56,360 nt of DNA, taken from NCBI GenBank assembly GCA_963765895.1, contig CAVXZB010000013.1, forward strand, positions 1 through 56,360. The letters run 5' to 3'. Below, one piece after another: positions 22,091 through 34,700 of the stretch. A program made the position numbers and the translations under genes. Positions within the stretch are counted from its first letter, which is position 1. Each line of letters starts with the position of its first letter. Source of the stretch: an uncultured Nitrososphaeraceae archaeon. GTDB taxonomy: Archaea > Thermoproteota > Nitrososphaeria > Nitrososphaerales > Nitrososphaeraceae. Below the pieces are notes generated by a model. It was not told the origin of the DNA. It made no database searches and saw nothing but the letters and a program-made list of their open reading frames with translations.

Positions 22091-24067
22091 TTATTCAAAC
22101 AGGTTCTGGCCTAGAGATAGTTGAACAGCCGTTTGATATGTATGTGTTTGCGAGCGCATGGTCGGAGAATGTGCAGCTAAATAGCGGACTGCTGCCAATA
22201 TAAAGTGATACTCCTTAATTTTGTGTTTATTTATAGAAGATAATGATCCATTTATGGTAGTGCATTGTTTAAGTGCAGCCTCAGTCATTTGAATCAAATG
22301 AAAGCTACGATCCTCTCGTAACAATAGTGTTCCAATCAAATTCATAAAAAAATTGCTGTTATCTGTAGAGTTATGACCGTAATAGTCAGCAACGAACTGT
22401 GTTACTGCATCTACTTGTTGTTGTTTATCTAGTAGTGTTGATAGCTTTTCTTCAACTGCAGTTTGTTTCTCATTATTATTGAGAGTACCAGAAGTACTAT
22501 TCGGTTTAGGTATAGGAGCTGGCGGTATGTTGAGAAATCTATTTAGGTATATCCGCGTTGCGGCATCAAATACGCCTCGTGTTAGTTCATGTAGTTGAAT
22601 ATTAACAGGATATTGAGATTGAATTTTACTACTCTTAGATGCAGATGCAGAAACACGTCTCATACATTGATGTACAGCATTGGCAAACGTAAAAGTATGA
22701 AGAGCAGCATCCCAATCTGTGAATTCATTGCGTGTGTTAAAGTGATCTATTCTCAGAGCAAGCCGCATATGCAACCATCTCTGCCAGCTCCTCTCCGGAC
22801 ACTCCGTGTCTCAATGCATCAAGTAGAACATTAACTATTAACTTAGGATCATCTCCTAAGAGGGTATCAATGAGGTCAATTTCAATTCTATTTTCTCTCT
22901 CCTTGTTTGTATGTTTTATCCTATCTCTTATTGCTCTCCCTTCTTCTAGGATATTTGGAAGTTCTTTGAATGCGTTCTCAAGTATAGCAACTAAATCTAT
23001 AGGATAACGCCATGAGCTAGACTCTTCCATCCGCTCTGCATCGGCATATCCTGAGACAAGGCTACTTAGTACTGAGACAACTAATTCTTTATCATTCCAA
23101 CCAACGATATCTAGCGCTTCTAATGCTTTGTTAGTAAAATCCAAAGTATGTCCACCGCCTATAAATCTGTGATCTGTAGCTGCTCGCAAAAAGCATATCA
23201 GCCAGTTGCACTGCATCTGCTTCTGCATGTATGGCTGTTACTAGACATCGTTCTGCAGCCTGTTGCATTTCTTGATTCTATAAACTGACGAAACCATCTC
23301 TTAAGAGTCGATAGGTCAGGCCAGGGTTTTGGTAAAGGAGCGACTGTGAATCTAGGCGGCATAGAAGCACAATCCTGAGCCACTGCAGAAAGACCATGAA
23401 AGAGAGCATGCAGTTTATCGTTTTTGTGTAGATATAGTTTAGCAATATTCATCATACAAGTATGGATTGTTAATCCAACTCCCCATCCAGACTGTTTGTA
23501 CTTTGTTCCGAATTCAAGGCCCTTTCTAAAGGAGTAGTTGAAACCATCATAGACGGCTTTATTATCTCTCATTGAAGATTTAGAGAAATTCTGGTATGAG
23601 GGTAGCAAGGATAATCCAATTATTGCCTTTGCTATTATTAATGAAATATTTCTTTTTAGACCTATATCTAGCACTATTTCATTATTGGTGGTTGTGGTAG
23701 ACACAGCAGCTGTTCTCGTAGACGATTTATCTTCGATTGGGCCTGGTATACCTATCCAGATCTCGCTATTATTTCGAATTTGTACTGGGTACGATTCTAC
23801 ATCACCAGCCCACTGATCAAATGTTCCTCCATTATGAAGATCAAATCGTGCATGATGCCAGTGACACGTGAGGATACCGTCCTTAAGAGTACCTTGGCTA
23901 AGAGGAAAGCCCATGTGAGGGCATCTATTGTCTAGAGCATAAACCTCAGAATTGTACGAAAAAAGTGCAATGGGATGTTTCTTGATTGATAATGAGAGAC
24001 ACTTATCTTCGGCTTCTATATCTTTAACATCAGCTGCATGTACAAAATGATAACTATGGTTGGACAT
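22091..24067 (-). CDS. Rieske [2Fe-2S] domain fused to a large helical domain; split by about three frameshifts
   Basis: CPHMGFPL...CHWHHARF ligands; pieces 23198-24067, 22737-23228 and 22091-22774 join; His-rich motifs GHTLDF, LHTFTFANA, EDRSFH, YLAAHSPT. Confidence 0.82.
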
Positions 24068-25238
24068 TGTCTAAATTAGATCATATGTTTTTACCATAAT
24101 TATTCTTATAAAGTTACAAAGTAAAATCTAAAAAAAGCTTCTGTATAGGTCATTCAAGCTCTGTTGGATTAAGTACTGTGTAAACCGCTCCGTCCAGGGA
24201 TAACCTGATTTCTGTATTGTAAGCAGTGAGTGAGTATGACCAAGCCTTTGTGATGATAGTCTTGCTCTTACGATGATCAAATTTATTTCAAGAATCTTCG
24301 AAATACAAAATAGGCTTTGAAGTCCTCTCATTTTGATGAAAGCAAAGCATATTGTCAACATAAAAACAAAAGATGTGAGGATAATATAGGATATAATCAT
24401 CTATCTGAAGGGATGTGCGAATGTATAGACTTTCTGATTTGATTAGTCAGTAATCTAATTAGAACCATTAGCTGAGGTACTAAAACCAATTATCCAAACT
24501 CATACAAAAGCAGTATCAAAATATTGGTCTACCAGCAGACCATTGATTGTGTCTCAACAATATCTAAACTAAATACATTTGCAATAGCGGCCATAGTTAA
24601 AACATAAGGTGAGATGTGAACAGTTTTATCGATCACAATCTCCCAAGTCTCATCTACTCTGGTCTACCATTCATCAAATCGTGTCAGTCTACCTAAACAG
24701 CATATGATGATGGATATCTAATTATCAATTAATTCATCCAGAAGAGGCCAATGGTGAAATCGTTTATGCTAGAGTAATACCGATAATAAGTATCAGATTA
24801 GGTAATGAAACACTTTTTAACACTATCAGTGAAGCATCTTAAACGGTCTACCAACAAAACGAGGATCAAATAGAATTCTGTAAAAAATTGTGGCTTGGAT
24901 TTTGGTAGACATACTATGACTGCTACATTAGACAATCAATATAAAGATAATAATCACCTCCTAGTTTGCTAGACCTCCACAATAGATTCAATTTACTAGC
25001 TGAATATCTCTTTGAAAGCAGATTATCTGAAAGGTTCACTTCATTTGTCCTTTTGCGTGATATAATAGAACAATTAAGTGGGTATCATGATGGATTGGTA
25101 GGCTATGAAAAACTGCAGTCTTTAAGCAATACAAGAATCCAAGAACATAATTAGGATTATGAAATCCAATCGCTGCTTTTTTCTAGTCCTGTTATCCATA
25201 GACAGAAAGAGAAAAATAAGCCAAGTAAAACTTGCCCT

Positions 25239-25877
25239 TCATGCTTTGTATCCTATTAGCAAAGCCATTTCAAGCCACTTCCAATAACAATCTACTTCCA
25301 CAAATCCAATGTCTTTTAACCAACCTAACTGTATCTCCATTGGTAATAGTCTATTAGCTCTATCTTCCTTTTCTGGACTGTACCCGATCGCCTTGAGAAA
25401 GCGAACATGCAGTTCAACAGAGGGCGACGCAACATGTTCTAAATTACAAAACACTCCTGTTGGATTAATGATATCATAAATTTCTTCGTAGAGTTCGCGC
25501 TTGCGTTCATGTTTAAGATGGTGTATGGCAAAGCTTGATACAACAGCATCAAAGTAACCTAAATCAGGTAGAGGTTGACTTAGATCGTGTTCTGTAATCG
25601 TGACACTAGAATCTTTGGCAAAATGTTCTCTTGCAGATTTAAGCATTGTTGGAGATACGTCTAGAGCTACTGCTTCCTCTATATCTGATCGATTCGCCTT
25701 TATCAGCCGGATTAATCTTCCATCTCCAGTACCTAAATCCAAAATTCGTTTAGTACTTTCAGGCAAATGATCTATCAAGACAGATTCCCCCTCTGACCTA
25801 TGTGGAAGATTATCGGCTACATTTAGATATGCCAGAGCATTCTGTGGACTAGACCATTCTTTTGCGGAACGACTCAT
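25239..25877 (-). CDS. Class I SAM-dependent methyltransferase
   Basis: ILDLGTGDG, DVSPTML, FDAVVSSFAIHHL. Confidence 0.9.
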   Translation of the reverse strand: MSRSAKEWSSPQNALAYLNVADNLPHRSEGESVLIDHLPESTKRILDLGTGDGRLIRLIKANRSDIEEAVALDVSPTMLKSAREHFAKDSSVTITEHDLSQPLPDLGYFDAVVSSFAIHHLKHERKRELYEEIYDIINPTGVFCNLEHVASPSVELHVRFLKAIGYSPEKEDRANRLLPMEIQLGWLKDIGFVEVDCYWKWLEMALLIGYKA

Positions 25878-26869
25878 GATAGAAAGTCTTAATAGAGGTA
25901 AAAAAGCATTATGGGTCCTAATACAAAGTCCAGATATACTATTGAGTCTAATTGTTTCTGTTAACGATAGATTAACGTTAAAACGATTACGAAATGTTGT
26001 ATGGTAAAATATGATATCCTGATGACAGAAATCACCCTGACGGATTGGATTTTATCAATTATTTATATAGGATTTCATAGAAATTCACGCTTAGATCGCT
26101 AGTGATATCCATCACGTCAGAGCATCCATAGTATCTATGGTATCTATAGCACATATTCAATCCTGTACAATGCAACATTGTATCACTATACCACACTCTC
26201 ACGTTTTATTGTAGCAATATAGAATCCCATATACCATTATGGATACCCTGACGTCTATGACGCCTCGTTGTCTTTCATTCACGTGACACGAAAATTATGA
26301 ATACAAAGCAAGCCAAAATAATGAAATTGTAGGAGGTTACCTTGCCAGAAAATTTCTTAACCAAGACAAATAGTAAACTAAGACCTACCTGGAGTCCTTA
26401 CTACATGATAGTAGGATTAGACGCGAAGTGGGAGAAAAGCAGATACTTGTAAGTCATGAAGTTCGATTTAGTTGGTTAATTCTGAAATACAAAATGAATT
26501 TCGCAAGCGATTACTTTTTCTCCCATCAATCAATCAATCAATTCTGTAGAAGACATATGATCTAACTGAGGTTCTAATTTTACCGATCTTAAATAAAGTA
26601 TAATAAATTACTATAGTAGTAATACTTTAGAAAAGTTTACCGTTTCACTTCTGAATTTATCTATAATGCTAATAAATCCGAATTAGATTCAATATTCAAG
26701 ATATGTGCCTTTAATTACACAGAATATTAAATATGTGTGTCACTAATGCAATGGAGACTGACTTTATCTGCCAAGTATTGTGCTAGTTTAAGTATGATGC
26801 CTGCGTATACAAAATCAATAATGCTCTTATCTAGTAGGTTGTATATCATGGAAATGGTGGGATAGCTGA

Positions 26870-28908
26870 TTAATAATTCCCCGCAATGACTATATTAAAG
26901 ATTCAGTAGAGCTCGATACTGTTAATAATTTCCTTCGAGATTCAAATATAGCAGCTAATAATGGTATTAGCAGCAATAATAATAATAATATCAATGAAAA
27001 GACTAAATTATTTTATGGTATAAAAGAGGCAACTAAAGCCATTTTAGACTTTATATCTAACGCGGACACCGCAGTAGACGCTTGTCTAGACCCTACTGGA
27101 CCGTCTGTTATGATGGGTGTTGACGTAATAAAAAATGAGAGACTAAAAGCCAATAGAAGAGGAGTTAATTTCAGATATGTTACTGAAGTAACTAAGGATA
27201 ATCTCTCTTATTGTAAAGAGTTAACTGAATTTGCAGAGGTTCGTCATCTAAATGGAGTTAAAGGTAATTTTGAAATAAGTAAAATTAGAATAAAAGGAGA
27301 AGGAAGAGGAGAATGGAAGGGAGAATACATAGCCACTGCAACCCTGCAAGAAGCAGAGCCTGTTACCCAACTTATATACAGCAGTGTTAAGGAGATTGTA
27401 GAACAGGAACAGTTTGTATTTGATACTCTGTGGAATAAAGCAATTCCATTTCTGGTTAGAATAAAAGAAATCGAAGAAGGTATAAAGCCAGAAGTTATAG
27501 AGATTATAGCTGATCCTAAAGAAGCGCTAGAAACAGAGTATAGGCTTTTGAAGTCAGCAAAGCAAGAAGTTCAAATAATCTTTTCTACGATTAACACTTT
27601 TCTTTTACAGGAAAGACAATTAGGTATTACCAAGATACTATCTAACCTGTCAAAACAGGGAGTAAGAACTAGAATTTTAACTCCGATGGATATTGATGTT
27701 AAAGAATTAACGTCTAATCTAAAAAAACAATATGAACAAGAGATATACCAGAAAAAGCAGGCAAACAAAAAAATAATAATAATAATAACGCTGATATAAG
27801 TTCTGCTATAGATATACAGGAAATTGCACCAAGTTCCTCAATTAACGCCAAAATAATAATTGTAGACAAACAAGATTCATTGGCAATGGAGATAAAAGAT
27901 GGCACAAAAGATGATTTGTATAACTCAATAGGCTTAACTACTTACTCAAATAGCAAATCAACTATAGCATCTTACTGTGCTATAGTTGAAAATCTTTATG
28001 AGCAAAATCAATTATACATGCAACTCAGAGACGCTTATCAAAAAGTTGAGAATACAAATTCAATGCAACGGGAGTTTATCAACGTAGCAGCACATGAATT
28101 AAGAACACCTATTCAGTCTGTTCTAGGCTATACAGAATTGCTACTAGAGGACGAAACAGATGATAGAAAAAAGCAGGCACTTATAAGAATTCTTCATCAG
28201 TCTGAAAGACTTCGGAAATTAGCGTCTGATATTTTGGATGTTGCAAGAATAGAAGGCAAGACATTTCGACTCACTATAAAACCACTAAACCTAAACTCTG
28301 CCATAGCCAACATTATAAAGGATTATGTAAACAGACTAGAGAATTATAAAGCTCATGAGATTACAGCAAAAAAATTATCAAACGTCAATGTAAGTAATGA
28401 TGACAAGAGGAGTAAATATGGCAAGACAATGATTACAAAATTGTTATTCAAATCAAAACTAAAAGATGAAGAACACATTTTTATAGAGGCTGATAAAGAA
28501 AGATTAACTCAAGTTATAGATAATATTCTTGATAATGCATTTAAGTTTACTGACGCCGAAGGAAGTGTCACAGTTACATTAATGAAACAAGAAGCACATT
28601 CACCACCACCACGACAACCACAACTAGGAGAACAGATAGAACAACGACAACGAGACCTAGAACAACGACAACAATATGCAAATATCATTATTAGAGATAC
28701 TGGAACTGGAATAGATCCTCAAATATTGCCACGATTATTTTCAAAGTTTGCTACCAAGTCTCATAGAGGGACGGGATTAGGTTTACATATATCCAAAAAT
28801 ATTGTAGAAGCACATGGTGGCAAAATATGGGCCGAGAACAATGGAGATGGCGGGGGAGCAACATTTACTATCGCTCTACCATTATTGAGCAAACAACCAA
28901 AAAAGTAA
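26870..28908 (+). CDS. Cytoplasmic sensor histidine kinase, frameshift in the A-run near 27770
   Basis: H-box EFINVAAHELRTP, N-box NILDNAFKF, DTGTGI and GTGLGL boxes. Frame is open from about 26870; 27110-27799 joins 27880-28908 via DISSAIDIQEIAP..IIIVD. Confidence 0.88.
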
Positions 28909-29123
28909 AGTGGGGACGGCAAAAGAAAGACTACAAAAAACTATTATTCTCTAATGCGTAAAACCATAATGGTATTATTATAAGCAAAAAGACTTGTTCT
29001 CCTAAACAAACACTGAATTTACATATATAGAACAGTAGTTTTGGCTAACAAAGTCTTGTAAATATTAATTTACAATGCTTATTACTTATGCTAATCACAT
29101 TTTAAACATCTGGCGATGAATGA

Positions 29124-29507
29124 CTGAAATTAGCCACGGCAAGAAGAGTATTGCTTGTAGATGATGAACTTGATATAGTATATCTTGTCAAAGTAGGATT
29201 AGAACGCAAAGGGTTTGAAGTTGACAGTTATATAGATCCAATATTAGCATTGCAGACTTTCAAAAGGGGAATATATCAGTTATTAATTTTAGACATTAAA
29301 ATGCCTAAGATGGATGGTCTAGACCTCCTAGACAAGATCAAAAAAGAAGATGATAAAATCAAAGTTTGTTTTTTCACAGCATCTGAAGAGTTTGCTTCTA
29401 GTTATAAGAACGTATTCAAAAACTCTCAGGATAAATTTCTCTTTATATCAAAACCAATATCAATTCCTAAAATGACTAAACAGATAGAACAGTTTCTAAG
29501 ATTATAA
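29124..29507 (+). CDS. Single-domain response regulator
   Basis: LLVDDE, LDIKMPKMDG, FFTA, KP; start uncertain (CTG 29124 or TTG 29151). Confidence 0.9.
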   Translation: MKLATARRVLLVDDELDIVYLVKVGLERKGFEVDSYIDPILALQTFKRGIYQLLILDIKMPKMDGLDLLDKIKKEDDKIKVCFFTASEEFASSYKNVFKNSQDKFLFISKPISIPKMTKQIEQFLRL

Positions 29508-29510
29508 CAA

Positions 29511-29532
29511 TATGTATGTATGTATGTATGTA
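29511..29532. repeat. (TATG)5 microsatellite
   Basis: TATGTATGTATGTATGTATGTA just after the regulator stop. Confidence 0.85.
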
Positions 29533-30355
29533 GGAAAATGCATTAAAAAGACCAAATTGAATAGCATACATAATAAATATTTAGAAGAATACTGTACGCT
29601 AGCACCTGCAGTAGAGTAAAGCTGACAATACAGTCATACAAGACCTGATATTTAAAGACCTCAAGAAAAAGAGTTAGTTGTCTAGCAATAGAAAAGCAAC
29701 GATTTAGGTTACTCGACAGACTACAGAATAAGCAGTTCCGGCAAGGAGTAATATTGAAGAACATGAACGAGAGAATGTAAGAACTTGCGGAGATTGCTGC
29801 TTTAATCATATCCTCGGCCTATCACAGAAGGAAACACTTGAAAACATATCTTTGGATATCAAAGGTTGTAGTATGACAACCCATTGTTTGAAACAGAGAT
29901 TACAATCTAATTATAATAATCTCAAGTAACTATGGATTAAGAGGCAACTGGATTGAGTCAGAGAATTGCAATTCTGACTGAAAATATGCCTACAAAAAAT
30001 AAAGTTATTAATGCTAGATGCGCTAGTTGATGGTATAGTAGGAATTCAGATAAGGTTAGAAGTAAACAAACTCATTTTCAATATTGCATTTGCTGACTCC
30101 AGCTCCAAAGCTAATTGCAATCCTCTAATAGGGTTCTCTTTTGTAATTCTTCTCTTAAAGAAATGACTGTTATCATTTGCGTATCAGTACTTTTGATTAA
30201 TGATGGTATAACTGTAAGAACAGAAACTGTAAGAACAGTAATTGCAAATATGTAGATAGTTAAAGTGATTATTGAAATAATGATCAGAGTATTAAAAAAC
30301 ATAAATGAGAATATAGGAATGAATTTAAGATTATCCAGAACTACGAAGCCGGTTA

Positions 30356-30850
30356 TTATTGTTCTTTCTCAGATGCAGAGCTCTTTGAGTTAGCACGATT
30401 ATGACTTGATTTATGTTCTCCTCCTCCTCCTCCTCCTACTTCTTGTCTATTTTTTATATAGCTGAAGATTGTTGTCTTTCTTCCTGCAATTGGTTGCTTA
30501 CCACTTTCTAACAGATCAACATTATGTCTACTAATCTCCTTTGATAATGACCAGCTAAGAACTATTCTTATGCCTACTACTACTGCAAGTAGCGAGAGTT
30601 CATTGGATGAAGGGACAAGAATGGTTTTGAGAATATCACTTCCAACTTCAAAGTCTAATGCTAGTAATAATCCTCCTGCCAGACGTAATCTAATTGTCTC
30701 CTTCTCTTGGGTTTGCTCCTTAGGCGATTTACGTAATATCTTAAAGAATGCAATCAGTGCAGTTGCAGCCGATATTGCAATGATTATCCCGGCAGCAATA
30801 TCTATACCAAATGTTAGGTAGCCAACATAAGGTCTGGTCAAATATTCCAA
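30356..30850 (-). CDS. DUF1622 membrane protein
   Basis: RLRLAGGLLLALDFEVGSDILKTILVPS...IRIVLSWSL. Confidence 0.85.
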   Translation of the reverse strand: MEYLTRPYVGYLTFGIDIAAGIIIAISAATALIAFFKILRKSPKEQTQEKETIRLRLAGGLLLALDFEVGSDILKTILVPSSNELSLLAVVVGIRIVLSWSLSKEISRHNVDLLESGKQPIAGRKTTIFSYIKNRQEVGGGGGGEHKSSHNRANSKSSASEKEQ

Positions 30851-31349
30851 AGATTGGCCATTGACTAGTTGGCTACCTTCAACTATCGACTGTTTAATAT
30901 TATCATCTAATTTTATTTGAAGTATATGTCTTTAAATTATTAATATATTAGAAGTGCATAGCTCTGGAAAAGTGTCTTTGAGTAAGTCTTAAGGTGTTGA
31001 TTTCTTAAGATTATTGGAAAGCCTACTTTTCTCAATCAATATACTATTTTACTGCCAAATCATTGTCAAAGTGCAGTAGGTCGGGTAAAGTTAAAAGTGG
31101 CTCCTAGTTCACACTTATTATTTTCTCATTCATATTTTGCAGCGAGTTTTAATAATACTATATACAGTCCTAAACCCAATCCTGATTCAGTGGAAGTTTT
31201 CTTATTAGTAAAACTTTTCGTATCCTCGTAATACCACAAATTATTTAATTATGAATATCACTATATAATATCGCGCTGTTTGTAATTAAAGATCTATTCT
31301 ATTTATCTTCTAATAGTATTATAAATTATTACGTCCAAAGAACGATAAA

Positions 31350-31847
31350 ATGTCGACAGACAGTAGTAGTAGTAAAGAAAAACTTGAACAGAAGTTGGGC
31401 GAAGCTCTTGGTTTGGAAATGGCCGCACAAAAGGCAGTGCAAGAATTATCCTCAATGGGATTACTAGATAAAAGAGGCATTTTATCGAAGCTTAAGAATA
31501 TGCAAAAAGAAGCAGGAAATCATCAATCAAAGCTAGAGCAGCTGGTTCAGAAATTATCCGGATCACTAGATTCTGCAACAATACAAGAAGCAGCTCAAGA
31601 AACAGAACAGAAAGCATCTGAGATGATGAAAACTTATCTTGGCCAGGATCCTGATTCATCTGAAGCAATAGAATTCTTGTGTCTTGCAGAAGGTGGCGAA
31701 GTGACACATTATGAGGCTCTGAGTGCCTTAGCATTAAAAAAGGTCAAAAATAAACAGTTATCAAATACAGTCAATTCAATTCTCAGAGAAGAAAAAAGAC
31801 ATCTTCAATTATGTATCAGATTGGCCAAACAGATTGCAGTTTCATAG
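31350..31847 (+). CDS. Ferritin-like di-metal protein
   Basis: LGLEMAA / EAGNH / EGGEVTHY / EEKRH four-helix ligand pattern. Confidence 0.75.
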   Translation: MSTDSSSSKEKLEQKLGEALGLEMAAQKAVQELSSMGLLDKRGILSKLKNMQKEAGNHQSKLEQLVQKLSGSLDSATIQEAAQETEQKASEMMKTYLGQDPDSSEAIEFLCLAEGGEVTHYEALSALALKKVKNKQLSNTVNSILREEKRHLQLCIRLAKQIAVS

Positions 31848-32110
31848 TATTACTTTACGCTTTATTTATCTAATGTTATATTGGTGATAGAAGGTGGCAC
31901 TTGCTATAAATATTGTAGGTAAACAGTTAACTAATCGAGTTTTATTAAATTAATAACTTCAGCATAGCATTTTGCAATCACAGCACTATTATACTTATGT
32001 TTACTTGATATGCATACGGCCTATCGCCGGCCGGTACTTTCCTCCTTTTACAAGATCAATAATAGCAGTTTGGATTATTATTGACATTCTGAGTCAGGCT
32101 AGCTGGCCAA

Positions 32111-32846
32111 CTAGTAACCATATATATCCTCTTTAACGAAGTCATCATATGTTTTGAATATATATCCAGCCTCACTTTCTAGACCTTGTATTATCTCAAG
32201 TTGTTGATCTAAAGCCTCAGGAGGATCATGAGGCGGATGTAAAGCAATACGTAATATTGTCGGCTTGAACCCTTGCATTATTTTATCATAAATCTCTTGA
32301 TTCTGTTTAATTGTAGGTTTATTTTGTTCTGAGTCACCAGATATATCCCAGTTCATTACCTGTTGTGTTACTATCGCAATGTCTCTTTGGATAAGATCAA
32401 TTTTATCCAAAGATTCTGATACGTCAAAACCCATATCATGTAATGCTTCAGCTGTAGATGGACTAATGTGCCATGCAGGAGAAATAAACACTTTGGGTTG
32501 CTGTATATCTGCTTCCTTTAATATTGCAAGACCTTTAGCAATTTCTTCTTTAGTTTCTTTAGTCGTAAGTGTATAATAGTCCTCCACAGACTGTCTATAT
32601 TCATGATATAAACCATGGAGTGCTATATTTGGTTTATCTTTCATGATATACTTATCGATAAAAATTGAAAAGGTATCTTTGGTAACCGGATATTTCTTGA
32701 GGTAGTTGGGAATAATAGCTATATTATATTTCACGCTGAGCTTCTTCTATTCGCTTCATAGTTTCAATAGTATTAGATAAGTGGTCTTGAAATGCGCTAA
32801 CATCATGGATTGTAATTATCCCTATCTTCTTAGAATGATAAGTCAT
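32111..32846 (-). CDS. DUF2334 / polysaccharide-deacetylase-like protein, frameshift near 32735
   Basis: N-terminal MTYHSKKIGIITIHDVS in another frame; IALHGLYH, FISPAW, RIALHP. Confidence 0.78.
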
Positions 32847-34475
32847 TTATCATCATCACATGCACTACTGTATTGTTTATTATTTAGTAATTGTTATCAA
32901 TATGAGAGTACTTTCTGGTATAACTATATACTATAGTTGGGCGGATATTTGATTACTAGTTACTAGAATTACTTCCAGCTTATGTAGCATATCCTCTATC
33001 TTTAACATTCTAGTTTAGCGAATTATTTACTATATATTGACAGAAAATGTTCATAGTAAGAATATGGTGTATGACATTTCCAATATATCATTCTTTATTT
33101 ATATGCAAATAATCAATGTTTATATTGCTGCCGCTGCTACTATTAACCTTGGTCCCATCGTTATAAGCCATTCTCATGGCAAAGGCTTTTTCTTTTATCG
33201 TAAATACTTCTGATATGTTGTGCATTAATTAACCAATTTGTTTCTTTTTAGGACATGGTGCCCCGCTTCCAGCCTTCTTCTTTTATTGGTCGAACTCATA
33301 TCGTAATATGATCTATGATCTATAAGATATTTAATACTCTAAAGTATCTGATAACAGTTTTAGTCATCTGAGGTATATTTTGTGCCATTGTTGTTATTAT
33401 GAACAAAATCTCTTATCCGCACATCAACGATTCTCTTAAATTGTGAGAAATAATGAATTTATTTACTTCATCCTCCTCCTACTCTTTTAATAATATCGTA
33501 TTTGTGTATTAATTTCTTGACTAGCCTTAGATTTGGTTTACACTCTGATTTATACCAAGCAACTAAGGGGCAAAAGTAAGTGGCTAATTAAATGGGACAA
33601 CATGGCATCCGTGGAGATTCTTATCAATCTATTAGATTGATGTAACAAACATCAATCATTCTTTGCTAATTGTCATGCTTATTTAGCAGATAAGAAATCA
33701 ACTACACCAACTGTCGAATCGCGATTAAACTTACGATAACCTATTCCTATAGAACAATGCATAAGAGCTTTAGAAAGAGTATTTTTGCAATTACGCTAAT
33801 CCTAATAATAGTAGTTCTAAGTTCATTTGTATTTCCAATTACTAACTTTGCTTATGCACTGAGCGAAAATGACTTCCTTATTCATCTTTATCATTACCAC
33901 TGCAAAGTAGCAATGAATTCCTTTATAAAATGGTTCATGGACAGAGAAATAAATGTCACAATGATTATAAGTTAAATGCCGTTGTATGTATAAAAGATGA
34001 CGCGGCCAGTAATAGTAATCCTTCAACGTCACCATTACGATCATCTTTATTTCATCCTAGCAATGAAAGCCATATAGTACCAGCCGATATTGGTAGCAGC
34101 AGGACTAGGAGCTCTGTTAGCGATAGTAATAACCATAACTCTGACAACCAAAACTCAAGCATTAGATAATCAAAATCAAAACAAGCTGCAGCAGAAGATA
34201 GAAAAGCTGCAATCACGAATTGATAAGGCAAGGGAGCAGTCACGGTCACTACAACTCTTTTTCTATATCCCTCAGTCGTTTATCATACATGAGTTATAAC
34301 CTTTAGAAATTTAGCAGTAATCTAAAATGATTATGATTATGAAATTTGTGTTGGTTTAAGTTAATGATAATTACATTCTATTAAATCACAAATAATTGAC
34401 ATAACTTGTGATAAAATCTATATAACTCTAATATAGTTAGCCGGTGTCGATTAATATGTGAGGTAAGGCGGCACT

Positions 34476-34700
34476 TTGTCAACCCCAAACAAGAATGAAG
34501 AAGCAATCACGAGGGTAAAACATTTAGTATATAGCTCTAGTGATGCGGTTGTTCAGACTGGGGCAATCGATACACTAGCAACTTTCGGAGAGCCGGCGAT
34601 TGACGCCATAAACGAGATTATTGGCCTATCTAGTATAAGCGATGGCGTAAAGGAACATGGACTGAAAACTATCAAGTATATCAAGGAAAATTCAAGATAG
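34476..34700 (+). CDS. Small HEAT-like helical protein
   Basis: AIDTLATFGEPAIDAINEII; a homologous pseudogene at 21574-21810 supports coding. Confidence 0.7.
   Translation: MSTPNKNEEAITRVKHLVYSSSDAVVQTGAIDTLATFGEPAIDAINEIIGLSSISDGVKEHGLKTIKYIKENSR

Noticed and set aside
27760-27790. Programmed frameshift or phase variation at the kinase A-run
   Set aside because: Cannot be told apart from homopolymer error given the window-wide indel rate.
33757-34299. Overlapping short ORFs as separate genes
   Set aside because: Probably one degraded secreted-protein gene; frames could not be joined with confidence.
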